64,000 bases of DNA from an uncultured delta proteobacterium (lineage in GTDB: Bacteria; Myxococcota_A; Polyangia; Fen-1088). The notes beneath the pieces were generated by a model. That model was not told where the DNA came from and ran no database searches. It saw only the letters and a list, made by a program, of their open reading frames with translations. Both the position numbers and the translations under genes were made by a program. Numbering within the stretch: the stretch's first letter is position 1; each line of letters starts with the position of its first letter. Shown piece by piece: positions 38,746 to 49,013 of this stretch. Location: positions 64,001-128,000 of the forward strand of contig CAVYGB010000004.1 of the NCBI GenBank assembly GCA_963767925.1. The letters are read 5' to 3'.

Positions 38746-41700
38746 GGCGGCGGGCGATGCGTTCGCCCATGACGTTGGGGATGCGTTCGCCGGCGCTGAG
38801 GGCCTCGCGCCACCAGCGGCGGGCGCCCTCCAGGTCGCCGCGCTCGCGGGCGGCCAGGCCGGCCATCTCCAGCACCTCGATCAGCTCCTGGCCCTGGGCC
38901 ACCGAGCGGGCCCGGGCCATCAGCGACTCCCAGCGGGGGGCGCTGGCGTGGCCGATCACGAGGTCGATCATGTCGAGCAACATCTCGTCGTTGGGCTGCA
39001 AGAGCAGCTCGTTGTTGGCCTCCGTCCGCACGGCCGCCTGCTGCGCCCGCACCTCGGCCACCAGCTTGGCCGCCCCCGGCGCGTCGCCCTGGCCCCAGAG
39101 GATGCGGGCCAGCAGCACCGCTCCGTCGGGGCGGAAGCCGCCCTGGCGGAAGTACTGGGCGTCGATCTCGATCATGCGCCGGGCGAAGGGCTCGGCCGCC
39201 GCGTGTTCGGCGCGCCAGTACAGATAATAGGCGCTGTTGAGGTTGGCGTTGCGCTCGAGGTTGACGTTGCCCATCCGGCGGGCGTACGAGGACACCCGCC
39301 GGTTGTCCTCCATGAAGCGCTCGCGGTCGTTGCGGGCGATGGCCAGACAGGAGCGGTTGTTCCACATGGCGGCCAGGTGCAGCTCGTCTCCCTTGGCGCT
39401 GGCCAGCCCCTCGACCTTGTCGAGCTGCTCCTGCGCCTCGTCGAGCCGGCCCAGAAAAGGGAGCAGGAACCCCAGCAACAGGCCGGCCGTCACCTGCACC
39501 TCGTAGCCGTCGTCGCCGCTCTCCTCGCCCAGCTTCTCCGCCTGGCGCAGCAGATCGATGGCCTCCTGGTCCTGGTTGAAGCGGTGAAACGACCGCCCCA
39601 CCGCCAGCAGCACCCGGGCCTGCAGCGGTGGGGCCTCGAGCCCACGAACCAGCTCCTGGGCCAGGCAGGCCAGATCGCGCGAGCGGTGCCACTCGAAGGC
39701 CCAGTCGAGGGCCATCGACTCGTCGAGCATGACGTCGGCCTGGGTGGCGGCGTCGCCGATGCGCACCGCCAGCTCCTCGGCCGCCGAGAGGTCCTCGATC
39801 GAGCCGCCGTAGCGGTTGAGCCGGTAGCGCATGATGCCCCGGCCCTTGTGGGCCTGCAGGCGGCGGTCCTCCTCGTTCTCCTCCAGGTGGCTCAGCGCGT
39901 GGGTGTAGAGAAGGTCGGCCTCGAGGTAGTTGTGCAGCTCGCGGGTGGCCTCGGCGAGGTACATGTACATGGTCGAGGCCAGCAGGCGCTCGCCGGCCTG
40001 GGCGGCGTGCCAGGCCACCCGGGGCAGGCGGATGGGCTGGGGCAACGAGGCGGTCCGGTAATACTCCAGGGCGGCCCGGTGGATCAGGATGGCCTGGGCG
40101 CTGGCCACCGTCTTGGCCACCGCCTCGCGCAAGATGGCGTTGCGGAAGCTGTAGCGGCCGCTGCGGTGCTGGACCAGCAGCCGCATCTGGCGCAGGCGCT
40201 CGAGCCCCACCCGGGCGTCCATGGGGAAGGCCTCGGCCAGCTCGCGGTCCATGTTGTCGAGGACGCCCTGCACCTCCTCGACGGTGATCTCCGCCGAGAG
40301 CAGGGCCAACAGGCGGGCGTGGGCCGCCAGGTCGGCCGAGAGCTGGTCGAGCTCCCGCCCGGCGATCCACTCGACCAGCGGCGACTCGGGCAGCCGATCG
40401 ATGACCTCGGTGGCAACGTAGGAGACGCCGCCCACCTGGGTGCGCACCAGCCCCTCGCTGCGCAGCCCGCGCACGAGATCGATGAGGAACAGGGGGATGG
40501 CCTGGGCCCGCTCCACCAGCCGGCGGATGACCGGCTCGGGCACGTTGCTCGCGGGGTGCAGGAGCTGGCGGGTCAGCTCGGCCGCCCCGTCGGGGTCGAG
40601 GGGGCCCAGCCGCTCGACGTGGGCGTGGCTGGCCCGCTGGCCCCAGGTGGGGCGGCTGTCGGCGAAGCTCGGGCGCCCGAAGGCGCACACCCAGAACGGC
40701 AGCTCCGACACGGTGGCCTGCTCGATGGCGTCCAGCAGGGCGTCGTCGGCCCAGTGCACGTCGTCGAGCACCACCAGCACCGGGCGCCGGGTGGCCAGCC
40801 GGCGCAGGGCCTCCAGCCCGGCGCGGGCCATGTTGGCCCGGAGGACGCCGGGGGCCGCCCGCAGGGCGGTGATGGCGGGGTGGTCGCGCTCGATCCATCC
40901 CAGCAACAAGGCGGCGCCGGCGTAGGTCTCCTTGGCCAGCTCGCCCAGCCGCTCGCTCAGCAGCTCGCGCCCGCCGTCGATCGGGCGCCCGGGGGGCAGC
41001 TCGAGCGCCCGCCGCAGCAGCTCGGCGAAGGTCTCGTCGCGGTCGCTGCCGAGCGGCTCGCGCGCGCGCAGCTCGATCACCTCGGCCCCCGGGAGGCGGG
41101 CCCGCAGCACCCGGGCCAGCTCGAAGGCGATGCGTGTCTTGCCGAGGCCGGCGTCGGCCAGCACGCTGGCCACCCGCGGGCGCCAGTCGGCCAGCGCCGT
41201 GCTGGCCTCGGTCACCAGGGCGCGCAGGGTGCTGGCCCGGCCCACCAGGGGCGCGGCCGCGTCCTGCATGACCGTGCGCGACTGGACGTCGTCGCTGGTC
41301 GAGCCGCCCAGCACGAAGCGATCGGGCCGTCCCGGCAGGGCCTCGCTCGGGACCGAGGGGAGCAGGGCGCAGGCCGCCGCCGACAGCAAGATGCCCGGCG
41401 GGTCATCGACCCGCGGGTAGCGCCCCGGCTCGGTGAACATCGGCGAGAACAGCCGGGGCAGGCCGCCCGGGCGGGGCTTGCTGGCCACCGTGCCGACGTC
41501 GATGATCACCCGCTCGACAAGGCTCTTGGCCACCAGCGCCTCGGCGGCGGCCAGGGCCCGGTGTCCGGGGTTGTCGCCCGCCCGGTGGGTGAAGGCGCAG
41601 GCCACCAGCTCGGGCTGGGCGTGGGCGAGCTGGCCCCCGAAGGGCTCGAGCGCCGCCTGCATCTCGACGCCCGAGACGTGCAGCCCCTGCCCGAACAGCA

Positions 41701-42727
41701 GGACCACCTTCTGCCGCTCGCTCCCCCGCAGCACCACCACCTTCGTGGAGTGGGGGGTGGGGGTGGGCGGCCCGGGCGCCCAGCGGGTGGGGGCGGGCGG
41801 TCCCTCGGGCAGATCGGACAGCGCCTGCTCGAAGGCGGCGCTCAGCGCCCCCGCGTCGGGGTAGCGGCTGGCGGGGGCCTTGTTCAGGCAGCGCAGGATG
41901 AGGTCCTCGAGCGCCCCGGGCACGCGGGCGAAGCGCGACGGGCGGGGCGGGCGAAAGGAGAGGTGGGCGTACTCCAGCTCGCGCCGCTCGCCGGTGAAGG
42001 GCAGGCGCAAGGTGGCCAGCTCGAACAGCATCACCCCCAGCGAATAGACGTCCGAGCGGGGATCGGCGGCCGCCCCCGAGATCTGCTCGGGGGCCATGTA
42101 CTCCGGCGTCCCCGCCCCCGGGCCGGTCGAGGTGTGGTCCTGGGCGGGCGCCCGGCTGGGCCGCGACAGCCCGAAGTCCATGATCTTGCAGCCCACCTTG
42201 CTGCCTTCTCCGACCAGGAAGACGTTCTCCGGCTTGAAGTCGCGGTGGATCACCTCGAGATCGTGCAGGGCGGTCGCGCTCTGCAACAGGGACCGCCCGA
42301 TGGCCCGCACCTCGGGCAGCGAGGGCACCCCCGGCCAGCGCTCCATCTCCTCGGCCAGGGTGCGGCCGAACAGGCGCTCCATGGCCAGGAAGGGGCGCCC
42401 GTCGGGCAACACGCCGCTGCCCTTGACCTGGGGGACGTGGGGCGGGCCCACCCGCATCATCACCGCCGCCTCGCGCTCGAGCTTCGATCGGGCCGAGGGA
42501 TCGCGGGCGTGCCCCACCTTGACCGCGACGCGCTCTCCCCCGATGTCCGCGCCGTCCCACACCGCTCCGAACCCGCCCGTGCCCAGCAGGGCGTCGGTGG
42601 AGAAGCCCGGGACCTGCGGGCGGCCCGGGGGCGCGCTCGACGGCGGCCCCGCGGGCGCGATGCCCCCATCCTCGGGACAGCGAGCGGCCGGCGGCAACCT
42701 ACGGTGGCAGGTCGAACATCGTGCCAT
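38708..42727 (-). CDS. Large Ser/Thr kinase-AAA ATPase-TPR protein with an N-terminal zinc-ribbon-like motif
   Basis: CSTCH...CPEDG; GTGGFG, VAVK, HRDFKPEN, DFG, GTPEYMAPE; ADAGLGKT (Walker A), VVLDDVHWAD (Walker B); helical repeats. Confidence 0.9.
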   Translation of the reverse strand: MARCSTCHRRLPPAARCPEDGGIAPAGPPSSAPPGRPQVPGFSTDALLGTGGFGAVWDGADIGGERVAVKVGHARDPSARSKLEREAAVMMRVGPPHVPQVKGSGVLPDGRPFLAMERLFGRTLAEEMERWPGVPSLPEVRAIGRSLLQSATALHDLEVIHRDFKPENVFLVGEGSKVGCKIMDFGLSRPSRAPAQDHTSTGPGAGTPEYMAPEQISGAAADPRSDVYSLGVMLFELATLRLPFTGERRELEYAHLSFRPPRPSRFARVPGALEDLILRCLNKAPASRYPDAGALSAAFEQALSDLPEGPPAPTRWAPGPPTPTPHSTKVVVLRGSERQKVVLLFGQGLHVSGVEMQAALEPFGGQLAHAQPELVACAFTHRAGDNPGHRALAAAEALVAKSLVERVIIDVGTVASKPRPGGLPRLFSPMFTEPGRYPRVDDPPGILLSAAACALLPSVPSEALPGRPDRFVLGGSTSDDVQSRTVMQDAAAPLVGRASTLRALVTEASTALADWRPRVASVLADAGLGKTRIAFELARVLRARLPGAEVIELRAREPLGSDRDETFAELLRRALELPPGRPIDGGRELLSERLGELAKETYAGAALLLGWIERDHPAITALRAAPGVLRANMARAGLEALRRLATRRPVLVVLDDVHWADDALLDAIEQATVSELPFWVCAFGRPSFADSRPTWGQRASHAHVERLGPLDPDGAAELTRQLLHPASNVPEPVIRRLVERAQAIPLFLIDLVRGLRSEGLVRTQVGGVSYVATEVIDRLPESPLVEWIAGRELDQLSADLAAHARLLALLSAEITVEEVQGVLDNMDRELAEAFPMDARVGLERLRQMRLLVQHRSGRYSFRNAILREAVAKTVASAQAILIHRAALEYYRTASLPQPIRLPRVAWHAAQAGERLLASTMYMYLAEATRELHNYLEADLLYTHALSHLEENEEDRRLQAHKGRGIMRYRLNRYGGSIEDLSAAEELAVRIGDAATQADVMLDESMALDWAFEWHRSRDLACLAQELVRGLEAPPLQARVLLAVGRSFHRFNQDQEAIDLLRQAEKLGEESGDDGYEVQVTAGLLLGFLLPFLGRLDEAQEQLDKVEGLASAKGDELHLAAMWNNRSCLAIARNDRERFMEDNRRVSSYARRMGNVNLERNANLNSAYYLYWRAEHAAAEPFARRMIEIDAQYFRQGGFRPDGAVLLARILWGQGDAPGAAKLVAEVRAQQAAVRTEANNELLLQPNDEMLLDMIDLVIGHASAPRWESLMARARSVAQGQELIEVLEMAGLAARERGDLEGARRWWREALSAGERIPNVMGERIARRLTDLPSHAQPSA

Positions 42728-42918
42728 CGGGGGCTACCGCCGCCTCCCGCTTCCCGTGCCGCTCCACACCTGCGCCATACCCGTGCGCCGTACCGAGACG
42801 GCGTCCCGTTCATGCTACCACGCCGATCGGACGAGGTGGGCAGGGGAGGCGCGCGCCGATCGGAAACGGTGAGCGACAGGGCGCTTGCCACCCGCTGCGA
42901 TTGGGCGACTCTCCCCAT

Positions 42919-44706
42919 ATGGACCCACACCCGCCGGACGTCGTCCCCAACGTCGTACCACCCGGCTCGCCGCCCGCGGTGCCACCGACCGGGCCCGCCC
43001 CCGCCGCGGACGATCCGGGCGCGCCCGACTTCACCGCCCGGGCGGTGCTGGTCGGCCTGCTCATCGGCGCGATGCTGGCGATGGGCAACGTCTACATGGG
43101 CCTCAAGAGCAACTGGTGGGACAGCGGCAACGTCACCGCCGCCATCCTCGGCTTCGCCCTGTGCGCCCGCGCCGGGCGGACCCGGGGCCGCCGCTACTCG
43201 CTGCTCGAGAACAACATCACCCAGACCACCGCCAGCGCCGCCGCGGTCATCCCCGCCACCATGGGCCTGCTGGGGGCCTTGCCCGCCCTCGAGATGGCCG
43301 GCTACCGCTACTCGGGCCTGGCGCTGGTCGCCTGGGGCATGGCCCTGGCCCTGTTCGGGATCCTGCTGGCCCGCCCGCTGCGCGAGCGCTACGTGATCAG
43401 ACAGCCGCTGCCCTTCCCGAGCGGCATCGCCACCGCCGAGGTGATGCAGGCGATCCACGCCTCCTCCGCCGACGCCCGCCAGCGCACCCGGGTGGTCCTG
43501 CTGGTGGGCCTGCTGGCCCTGGCCCTCACCTGGTTCCGCGACGGCCGTCCGGCGGTGATCCCGGGCGTGATCTGGCTGCCGCTCGAGCTGGCGGGGGCCA
43601 GCGCCATGGCCCTCACCCTCGGCGTCGGCGTGAGCCCGGCCCTGCTGAGCGCCGGCGTGCTGGCGGGCGGGCGGGCCGGCATCAGCCTGCTGGCCGGGGC
43701 GGTGATCGCCTGGGTCCTGCTGGGGCCCGCGCTGGTCCGGGCGGGCTTCGCCCAGGCCGACTACACCTCGCTCGTCGCCTGGTTGCTCTGGCCGGGCATG
43801 GCCCTCATGGTCGCCGCCGGCCTCGTCGCGCTGGCCCTGCGCTGGCGGGACTTCGCCGGCGCGCTGTCGGGCGTGCGCCGGCTGCGCGCCTCGCCCGGCG
43901 CGCCCCGCGGAGGCGGGTGGGCGGTTGTCGCCGCCGGGGCGGCGGTGGTGCTGCTCGGCTGGCTGGTGTTCGGCGTGCACCCCGCCCTCGGTGCCGCCTC
44001 GGTTGTCGTGTCGATCGCCCTGATCGACGTCTGCGTCCGCACCACCGGCGAGACCGACATCGTCCCGGCCGGGCAGCTCGGTCAGCTCGCCCAGCTCGTG
44101 CTGGCCCTGCTGGCCCCCGGCCGCGCCCCGGTCAACATGGCCTGCGCCCAGGTGGCCGCCGGCGCCGGCGTCCAGGCGGCCCTCACGGTCAGCGTCCTGA
44201 AGACCGGGCACCTGATCGGCGCCGACCCCCGCCGGCAGCTCCGGGCCCAGGTGCTGGGCGCCCTGGCCGGCCTCATCGTGGCCTTGCCGGCCTACGTCCT
44301 CATCAAGCGGGCCTACGGCCTCGGCAGCGCGGTCCTGCCTGCCCCCGGCGCCCTCGGCTGGAAGGCCCTCGCGGAGCTGTCGGAGAACGGCACCGCCGCC
44401 CTGCCTGGCGGGGCCGGCCTGGCCTGCGCGGTGGCCGCCGCCCTCGGGATCGTCCTCTCCCTGCTCGAGCGCACCCGTGCCGGCCGCTTCGTCCCGTCCC
44501 CCTTCGCCCTGGCCGCGGCCTTCCTGCTGCCCGCCACCACCTCGGTCACCATCGCCCTGGGGGGCCTGCTCTGGCTGGCCCTGTCGCGCCGCAACCCCGC
44601 CGGCGCCGAGCGCTACGCCGCCTCCGCCGCCGCCGGGGGCATCGCCGGCGAGTCGCTGATGGCCTTCGCCATCGGCGCCCTCACCGTCGCGGGCGTCTTC
44701 GGCTGA
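42919..44706 (+). CDS. OPT/YSL family oligopeptide or metal-chelate transporter
   Basis: FTARAV, NVYMGLK, LENNITQTTAS, LPFPSGIATAE, GETD, LKTGHLIGADPRRQ, GIAGESL. Confidence 0.88.
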   Translation: MDPHPPDVVPNVVPPGSPPAVPPTGPAPAADDPGAPDFTARAVLVGLLIGAMLAMGNVYMGLKSNWWDSGNVTAAILGFALCARAGRTRGRRYSLLENNITQTTASAAAVIPATMGLLGALPALEMAGYRYSGLALVAWGMALALFGILLARPLRERYVIRQPLPFPSGIATAEVMQAIHASSADARQRTRVVLLVGLLALALTWFRDGRPAVIPGVIWLPLELAGASAMALTLGVGVSPALLSAGVLAGGRAGISLLAGAVIAWVLLGPALVRAGFAQADYTSLVAWLLWPGMALMVAAGLVALALRWRDFAGALSGVRRLRASPGAPRGGGWAVVAAGAAVVLLGWLVFGVHPALGAASVVVSIALIDVCVRTTGETDIVPAGQLGQLAQLVLALLAPGRAPVNMACAQVAAGAGVQAALTVSVLKTGHLIGADPRRQLRAQVLGALAGLIVALPAYVLIKRAYGLGSAVLPAPGALGWKALAELSENGTAALPGGAGLACAVAAALGIVLSLLERTRAGRFVPSPFALAAAFLLPATTSVTIALGGLLWLALSRRNPAGAERYAASAAAGGIAGESLMAFAIGALTVAGVFG

Positions 44707-44761
44707 TACCCGCGCCCTGACACCGGCTCGCCGCTTCGGGTAAAATCAGCCCCCGCTCACC

Positions 44762-46804
44762 ATGTCCGCGCCAACGCTGCTCGCCGCCGATCTGGCCGCC
44801 CACGGGTTGCCGCCCGAACGGGCCGAGGCGCTGGTCCGCGCCCTGGCCGGGTGGCCCAGCGACCTGCCGGCCGAGCAGCGCTGGCAGCGCGCGATCGCCG
44901 AGGGCTGGTTGCACCCGGGCGTCCCCTTCGCCGTGCACCAGCAGGTCCACGACCACCTCTTCGCCGGCTGGGATCCGCGCCGCGGCCCCCCGCCCGCCTG
45001 GCTGCCCCGGCCCGAGGAGGCCGCCCGCACCAACATCGGCGCCCTGCTGGCCGAGCGGGGCTTCAGCGACTACCAGCAGGCCCACGCCTGGTCGGTGGGC
45101 GAGCGGGCCGCCTTCTGGAAGTGGGCGCTCGATCGCCTGGGGCTGCACCTGCAGACCCCTCCCTCGCGCGTGCTCGACGACAGCCGGGGACCCGAACACC
45201 CGCGCTGGCTGGTGGGCGCCCGCTTCAACCTCGTCGCGAGCTGCCTGCAGGGCGACCCGGCCCGCCCCGCCATCGTGAGCGGTGGGCCCGACGGCACCCT
45301 GCACACCCTCACCGTCGGCGAGCTGGCCCGCGAGGTCGGGCGGGTGGCCGGCGCCCTGCGCGCGGCCGGCTTTCAGACCGGCGACGCCCTCGCCATCGAC
45401 ATGCCGATGAACGCCCAGGCGGTGGCGATCTACCTCGGCGTCGTCGCCGCCGGCATGGTGGTGGTCTCCATCCCCGACGCCCTCGCCCCCGAGGAGGTGG
45501 CCACCCGCCTGCGCATCGCCCGCGCCGCCGGCCTGTTCACCGCCCGCGAGATCGAGCGGGCCGGCAAGCGCCTGCCCCTGTACACCAAGCTGCTGGCCAT
45601 CGACCCGCCCCGCTGCATCGTCGTCGACGCCAGCGCCGCCGAGCTGCGCCCCGGGGACCTGCCCTGGCCCAGCTTCCTGGCCGCCGCCGCCTCAACCACC
45701 TTCGATCCGGTGCTGGGGGACGCCGACACGGTCACGAACATCCTGTTCTCCTCGGGCACCACCGGCGAGCCCAAGGCCATCCCCTGGACCCAGCTCCAGC
45801 CGCTCAAGTCGGCCATCGACGGGGCCCTGCACCTCGACGTGCAGGCGGGCGACGTGGTGGCCTGGCCGACCAACCTCGGCTGGATGATGGGCCCCTGGCT
45901 CATCTACGCCAGCCTGCTCAACCGGGCCACCATGGCCCTTTACGCCGACGCCCCCACCGGCCGCGGCTTCGGCGACTTCGTGGCCCGGGCCCGGGTCAAC
46001 GTGCTGGGGCTGGTCCCCTCGATCGTGAAGGCCTGGCGCAGCGACGACCGCATGGTCGGCGTCGACCTCTCGGCCATCAAGTGTTTCGGCTCGACCGGCG
46101 AGGCCTCGAGCCCGGTCGACTACCTCTACCTGATGATGCTGGCCGGCTACCGTCCGGTCATCGAATATTGCGGCGGCACCGAGATCGGCGGCGGCTACCT
46201 CACCGGCACCCTGGTGCAGCCCGCCTCGCCCGCCACCTTCTCCACCCCCGCCCTCGGCTCGGAGCTGGTTTTGCTCGACGAGGCCGGCCAGGTCAGCGAC
46301 AACGGCGAGGTGTTCCTGGTGCCGCCCACCCTGGGCTACTCGCTCAGCCTGCTCAACCGGGACCACCACGAGGTCTACTTCGCCGGCGCGCCCGCCGGCC
46401 CCCGGGGCGAGCCGCTGCGCCGCCACGGCGATCAGATCGAACGGCTGGGAGGCGGCTACTACCGCGCCCTCGGCCGGGTCGACGACACCATGAACCTCGG
46501 CGGCATCAAGGTCAGCTCCGCCGAGATCGAGCGGGTGCTCGACACCGTCCCCGGCATCCAGCGCACCGCCGCCATCGCCATCGACCCGGCGGGCGGCGGC
46601 CCCAGCGAGCTCGTGATCTACGCCGTCACCGACGGCACCCGGGCCGACCGGGCCCCCCTGCTGGCCGACCTGCAGCAGGCGATCAAGACCCGCCTCAACC
46701 CGCTGTTCCGCATCGCCGATCTGGTCGTCGTCCCCAGCCTCCCCGTCACCCCCTCGAACAAGATCCTGCGCCGCGAGCTGCGCGCCAGCTACCGGCGCGG
46801 CTAG
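44762..46804 (+). CDS. AMP-binding acyl-CoA synthetase (plant AAE17/AAE18-like)
   Basis: ILFSSGTTGEPKAIPWT, WPTNLGWMMGPWL, STGEAS, IEYCGGTEIGG, RRHGD, GRVDDTMNLGGIKVSSAEIER, SNKILRR. Confidence 0.88.
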   Translation: MSAPTLLAADLAAHGLPPERAEALVRALAGWPSDLPAEQRWQRAIAEGWLHPGVPFAVHQQVHDHLFAGWDPRRGPPPAWLPRPEEAARTNIGALLAERGFSDYQQAHAWSVGERAAFWKWALDRLGLHLQTPPSRVLDDSRGPEHPRWLVGARFNLVASCLQGDPARPAIVSGGPDGTLHTLTVGELAREVGRVAGALRAAGFQTGDALAIDMPMNAQAVAIYLGVVAAGMVVVSIPDALAPEEVATRLRIARAAGLFTAREIERAGKRLPLYTKLLAIDPPRCIVVDASAAELRPGDLPWPSFLAAAASTTFDPVLGDADTVTNILFSSGTTGEPKAIPWTQLQPLKSAIDGALHLDVQAGDVVAWPTNLGWMMGPWLIYASLLNRATMALYADAPTGRGFGDFVARARVNVLGLVPSIVKAWRSDDRMVGVDLSAIKCFGSTGEASSPVDYLYLMMLAGYRPVIEYCGGTEIGGGYLTGTLVQPASPATFSTPALGSELVLLDEAGQVSDNGEVFLVPPTLGYSLSLLNRDHHEVYFAGAPAGPRGEPLRRHGDQIERLGGGYYRALGRVDDTMNLGGIKVSSAEIERVLDTVPGIQRTAAIAIDPAGGGPSELVIYAVTDGTRADRAPLLADLQQAIKTRLNPLFRIADLVVVPSLPVTPSNKILRRELRASYRRG

Positions 46805-46829
46805 CAGCCCGCTGCTCGGTTCGGGCTGG

Positions 46830-48374
46830 CTACTGGCCGCCGGGCCAGGTCGCGCGCACGCCGACGGTGTCGGAGGTCTCGAGGCGGTCGGCGTACATGA
46901 AGGTGAGGAAGGCGGCGCCGACCGCGCCGGCGATGACCCAGGACCACCAGGGGGCACCCGGGCGCTTGCGGCGGGGGATGAACTCGGCCTGCTGCTTGGC
47001 CGCGCGCGCCTCGGGCAGGCCGCTGTCGCCGGTCTCCGGGGGCGGCGCGGTGGCCGAGGAGGGGGCCGCCGGGAGAACCCCGGGGGTCTCGGCGGATGGT
47101 TCCGGCGCGGCCGCCGGTCCGGGGGCCGGCGCCTGGGCCACCTTGGGGGAGGCCGGCCCCGCCGCCGTCGCTTCCAGGCCGGGCCCCGCCGCCCCGGGCG
47201 TGGTCCGCCGGGCCAGCGCCTCGACCCGGCCGCTCGTGCTGTCGAAGTCGGACTCGATGGGCGTGCCCGTGACCGCGCCCTTCTCGGCGTCGAAGAAGGA
47301 GATCTTCACCCGGTTGCCGGTCACCTGCAGCAGGACCAGCGTCTCGACCCGCGCGAGCTGCGACAGCCGCGACAGGGCCCCGGTGCGATCGGCCAGCTCG
47401 GCCTCGCTCATGCGCAGGCCCTTCATCTGCAGCTCGGCCTGCTCGATGCGGTCGTGGGCCCGCTGCACCAGGCGCAGCACCGTGCGCACCGGGCGGTCGG
47501 TGATCTCCACCGCCCGGAAGGCCTTCTTGTAGCCCTCCTTCTGCACCTCCACGAAGGCGATACCGCGCGGGACCTTCAGCGTCCGGGGCGTCACCCCGTC
47601 GCCGTGCAGGTTCACCGCCACCTGGGCGTTGGCCGGATCGCTGTCCACCTGCAGCTCGGTCACCGCCTCGCCCAGGGTGGCGTTGGCCACGTGTTTGTCC
47701 CAGATGTCCTGGGTCAGATCCGACGGCGGCAGCGACACGAGGCTGCGCAGCCGCCCGGCCGCCGAGGCCAGCCCGGCGGTGTTGCCGAGCTTGAGCTCGC
47801 ACAGGATGAGGGTCGCGTACAGCCCCTTGAGGGGATCCCGCTCCTCGTCGAGCGACAGCGCCGCCAGCAACATGGTCTCCGCCTCGCGCCCCAGCTTCAC
47901 CGCCGCGGCGCAGTCGTCCGAGGCCCGCGCCCGGTGCGCCTCGCGCAGCACGCGGTAGGCGGCGTCGGCGGGACCTTCCCCCTGGGCCAGCAGCCGCCGG
48001 GCCACCGGATCTTCGATGGGCTGGCTGCCGGGCCGCAGCCGGGCGTACTCCTTCTCCACCTCGGTGACCAGCTTCTCGTGCTCCGGGCTGGGGTCGAGGT
48101 CGACGACCGCGAAGCGGGTCTGGGCCCCGGCGGGCGCGGGCCAGGCCGCGGCGGCGGCCGCCACCAGCAGCGCGGCCGCCGTCTTGACCGCCGACGTGGT
48201 CGCCGACGTGGTCGCCGACGTGGTCGCCGACCTGGTCGCCGTCCTGGTCGCCGTCCTGGTCGCCGTCCTGGTCGCCGTCCTGGTCGCCGTCCTGGTCGCC
48301 GTCCTGGTCGCCGTCCTGGTCGCCGTCCTGGCCGTCGCGATCGCCCGGCTCGTTCTCATGGTGGTCATGGTCAT
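46830..48374 (-). CDS. Exported PEGA-domain protein with a C-terminal membrane segment
   Basis: Signal AAAAAWPAPAGAQ; TPR-like helices; LQVDSDPANAQV...GVTP...VEVQKEGY PEGA domain; PWWSW TM segment; ATGA overlap with the PilZ gene. Confidence 0.75.
   Translation of the reverse strand: MTMTTMRTSRAIATARTATRTATRTATRTATRTATRTATRTATRTATRSATTSATTSATTSAVKTAAALLVAAAAAAWPAPAGAQTRFAVVDLDPSPEHEKLVTEVEKEYARLRPGSQPIEDPVARRLLAQGEGPADAAYRVLREAHRARASDDCAAAVKLGREAETMLLAALSLDEERDPLKGLYATLILCELKLGNTAGLASAAGRLRSLVSLPPSDLTQDIWDKHVANATLGEAVTELQVDSDPANAQVAVNLHGDGVTPRTLKVPRGIAFVEVQKEGYKKAFRAVEITDRPVRTVLRLVQRAHDRIEQAELQMKGLRMSEAELADRTGALSRLSQLARVETLVLLQVTGNRVKISFFDAEKGAVTGTPIESDFDSTSGRVEALARRTTPGAAGPGLEATAAGPASPKVAQAPAPGPAAAPEPSAETPGVLPAAPSSATAPPPETGDSGLPEARAAKQQAEFIPRRKRPGAPWWSWVIAGAVGAAFLTFMYADRLETSDTVGVRATWPGGQ
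48187..48330. repeat. 12-bp VNTR, 12 units (GTCGCCGTCCTG x8 plus 4 variant units), encoding RTAT/TSAT
   Basis: Counted directly from the sequence. Confidence 0.9.
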
Positions 48375-48703
48375 GATTGAAAAAATCTATTGAGCGCCCA
48401 CACGTCCCGCGCGCGCAAGCCGTGAAAGCGGATGCCCATTCCGGGCGGGCGCCCGCCCGGGGCCCCGTCGCCCTGGTCGATCCAGCGGATCTCACCCGTC
48501 ACCTCCACCGGCTCGGGCTGGGTCGGCACCTTGAACCGGACCTGCACCGGCGTCTGCTCGCGCAGCACCTCGGTCGTCTCCACGAACATGCCTCCCAGGG
48601 ACACGTTGAGGCTCACCGCCCTGATCTGCTGGCCCTCCGCGCTGATTTCCACGTCGACCCGCCGGTCATAGCGTGGGTCCGTTCGGCGAAAGTGCTCAAC
48701 CAA
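48371..48703 (-). CDS. PilZ domain protein (myxobacterial TIGR02266-like); start uncertain
   Basis: RRTDPR (RxxxR), NVSLGG (NxSxxG), GEIRW, PGMGIRF. Confidence 0.85.
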   Translation of the reverse strand: MVEHFRRTDPRYDRRVDVEISAEGQQIRAVSLNVSLGGMFVETTEVLREQTPVQVRFKVPTQPEPVEVTGEIRWIDQGDGAPGGRPPGMGIRFHGLRARDVWALNRFFQS

Positions 48704-49013
48704 CGCGGGCGTCTCCGGTGGCCATCGTGGAGAAACGAAGGCCCCGAGTCTAGGGGAACGCCCTCGGCGAAGCAATTGACGGGGCCGCGGGCCCCCTGCA
48801 GGGCGGCCGCCCCGGTAACGCCCTCGGGCGTCGCCCTGGTTCGCCGTGCCCCGGGGCCCACGACCCCGCCGCGCGCCGCCCTCTCGAGGTCCGCGAGCGT
48901 CCAGCACGTCGCGCGAAATAAAAACGACCGTCACTCCGCGCGAGTTCGGCGCACGAGGTGCTTGTTTGTCTTACCCATCGGCGTAAAGTTTGACGCGGTT
49001 CGGGGGGACCAGG

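Noticed and set aside
38948..43396. 1482-aa + strand ORF and similar long ORFs (for example 1435-3942, 50492-53578, 60021-61922)
   Set aside because: Shadow or alternate-frame ORFs typical of high-GC DNA; they overlap motif-rich real genes and have no recognisable domains.
48704..49013. c-di-GMP riboswitch upstream of the PilZ gene
   Set aside because: I could not match the conserved class I or class II motifs by eye.
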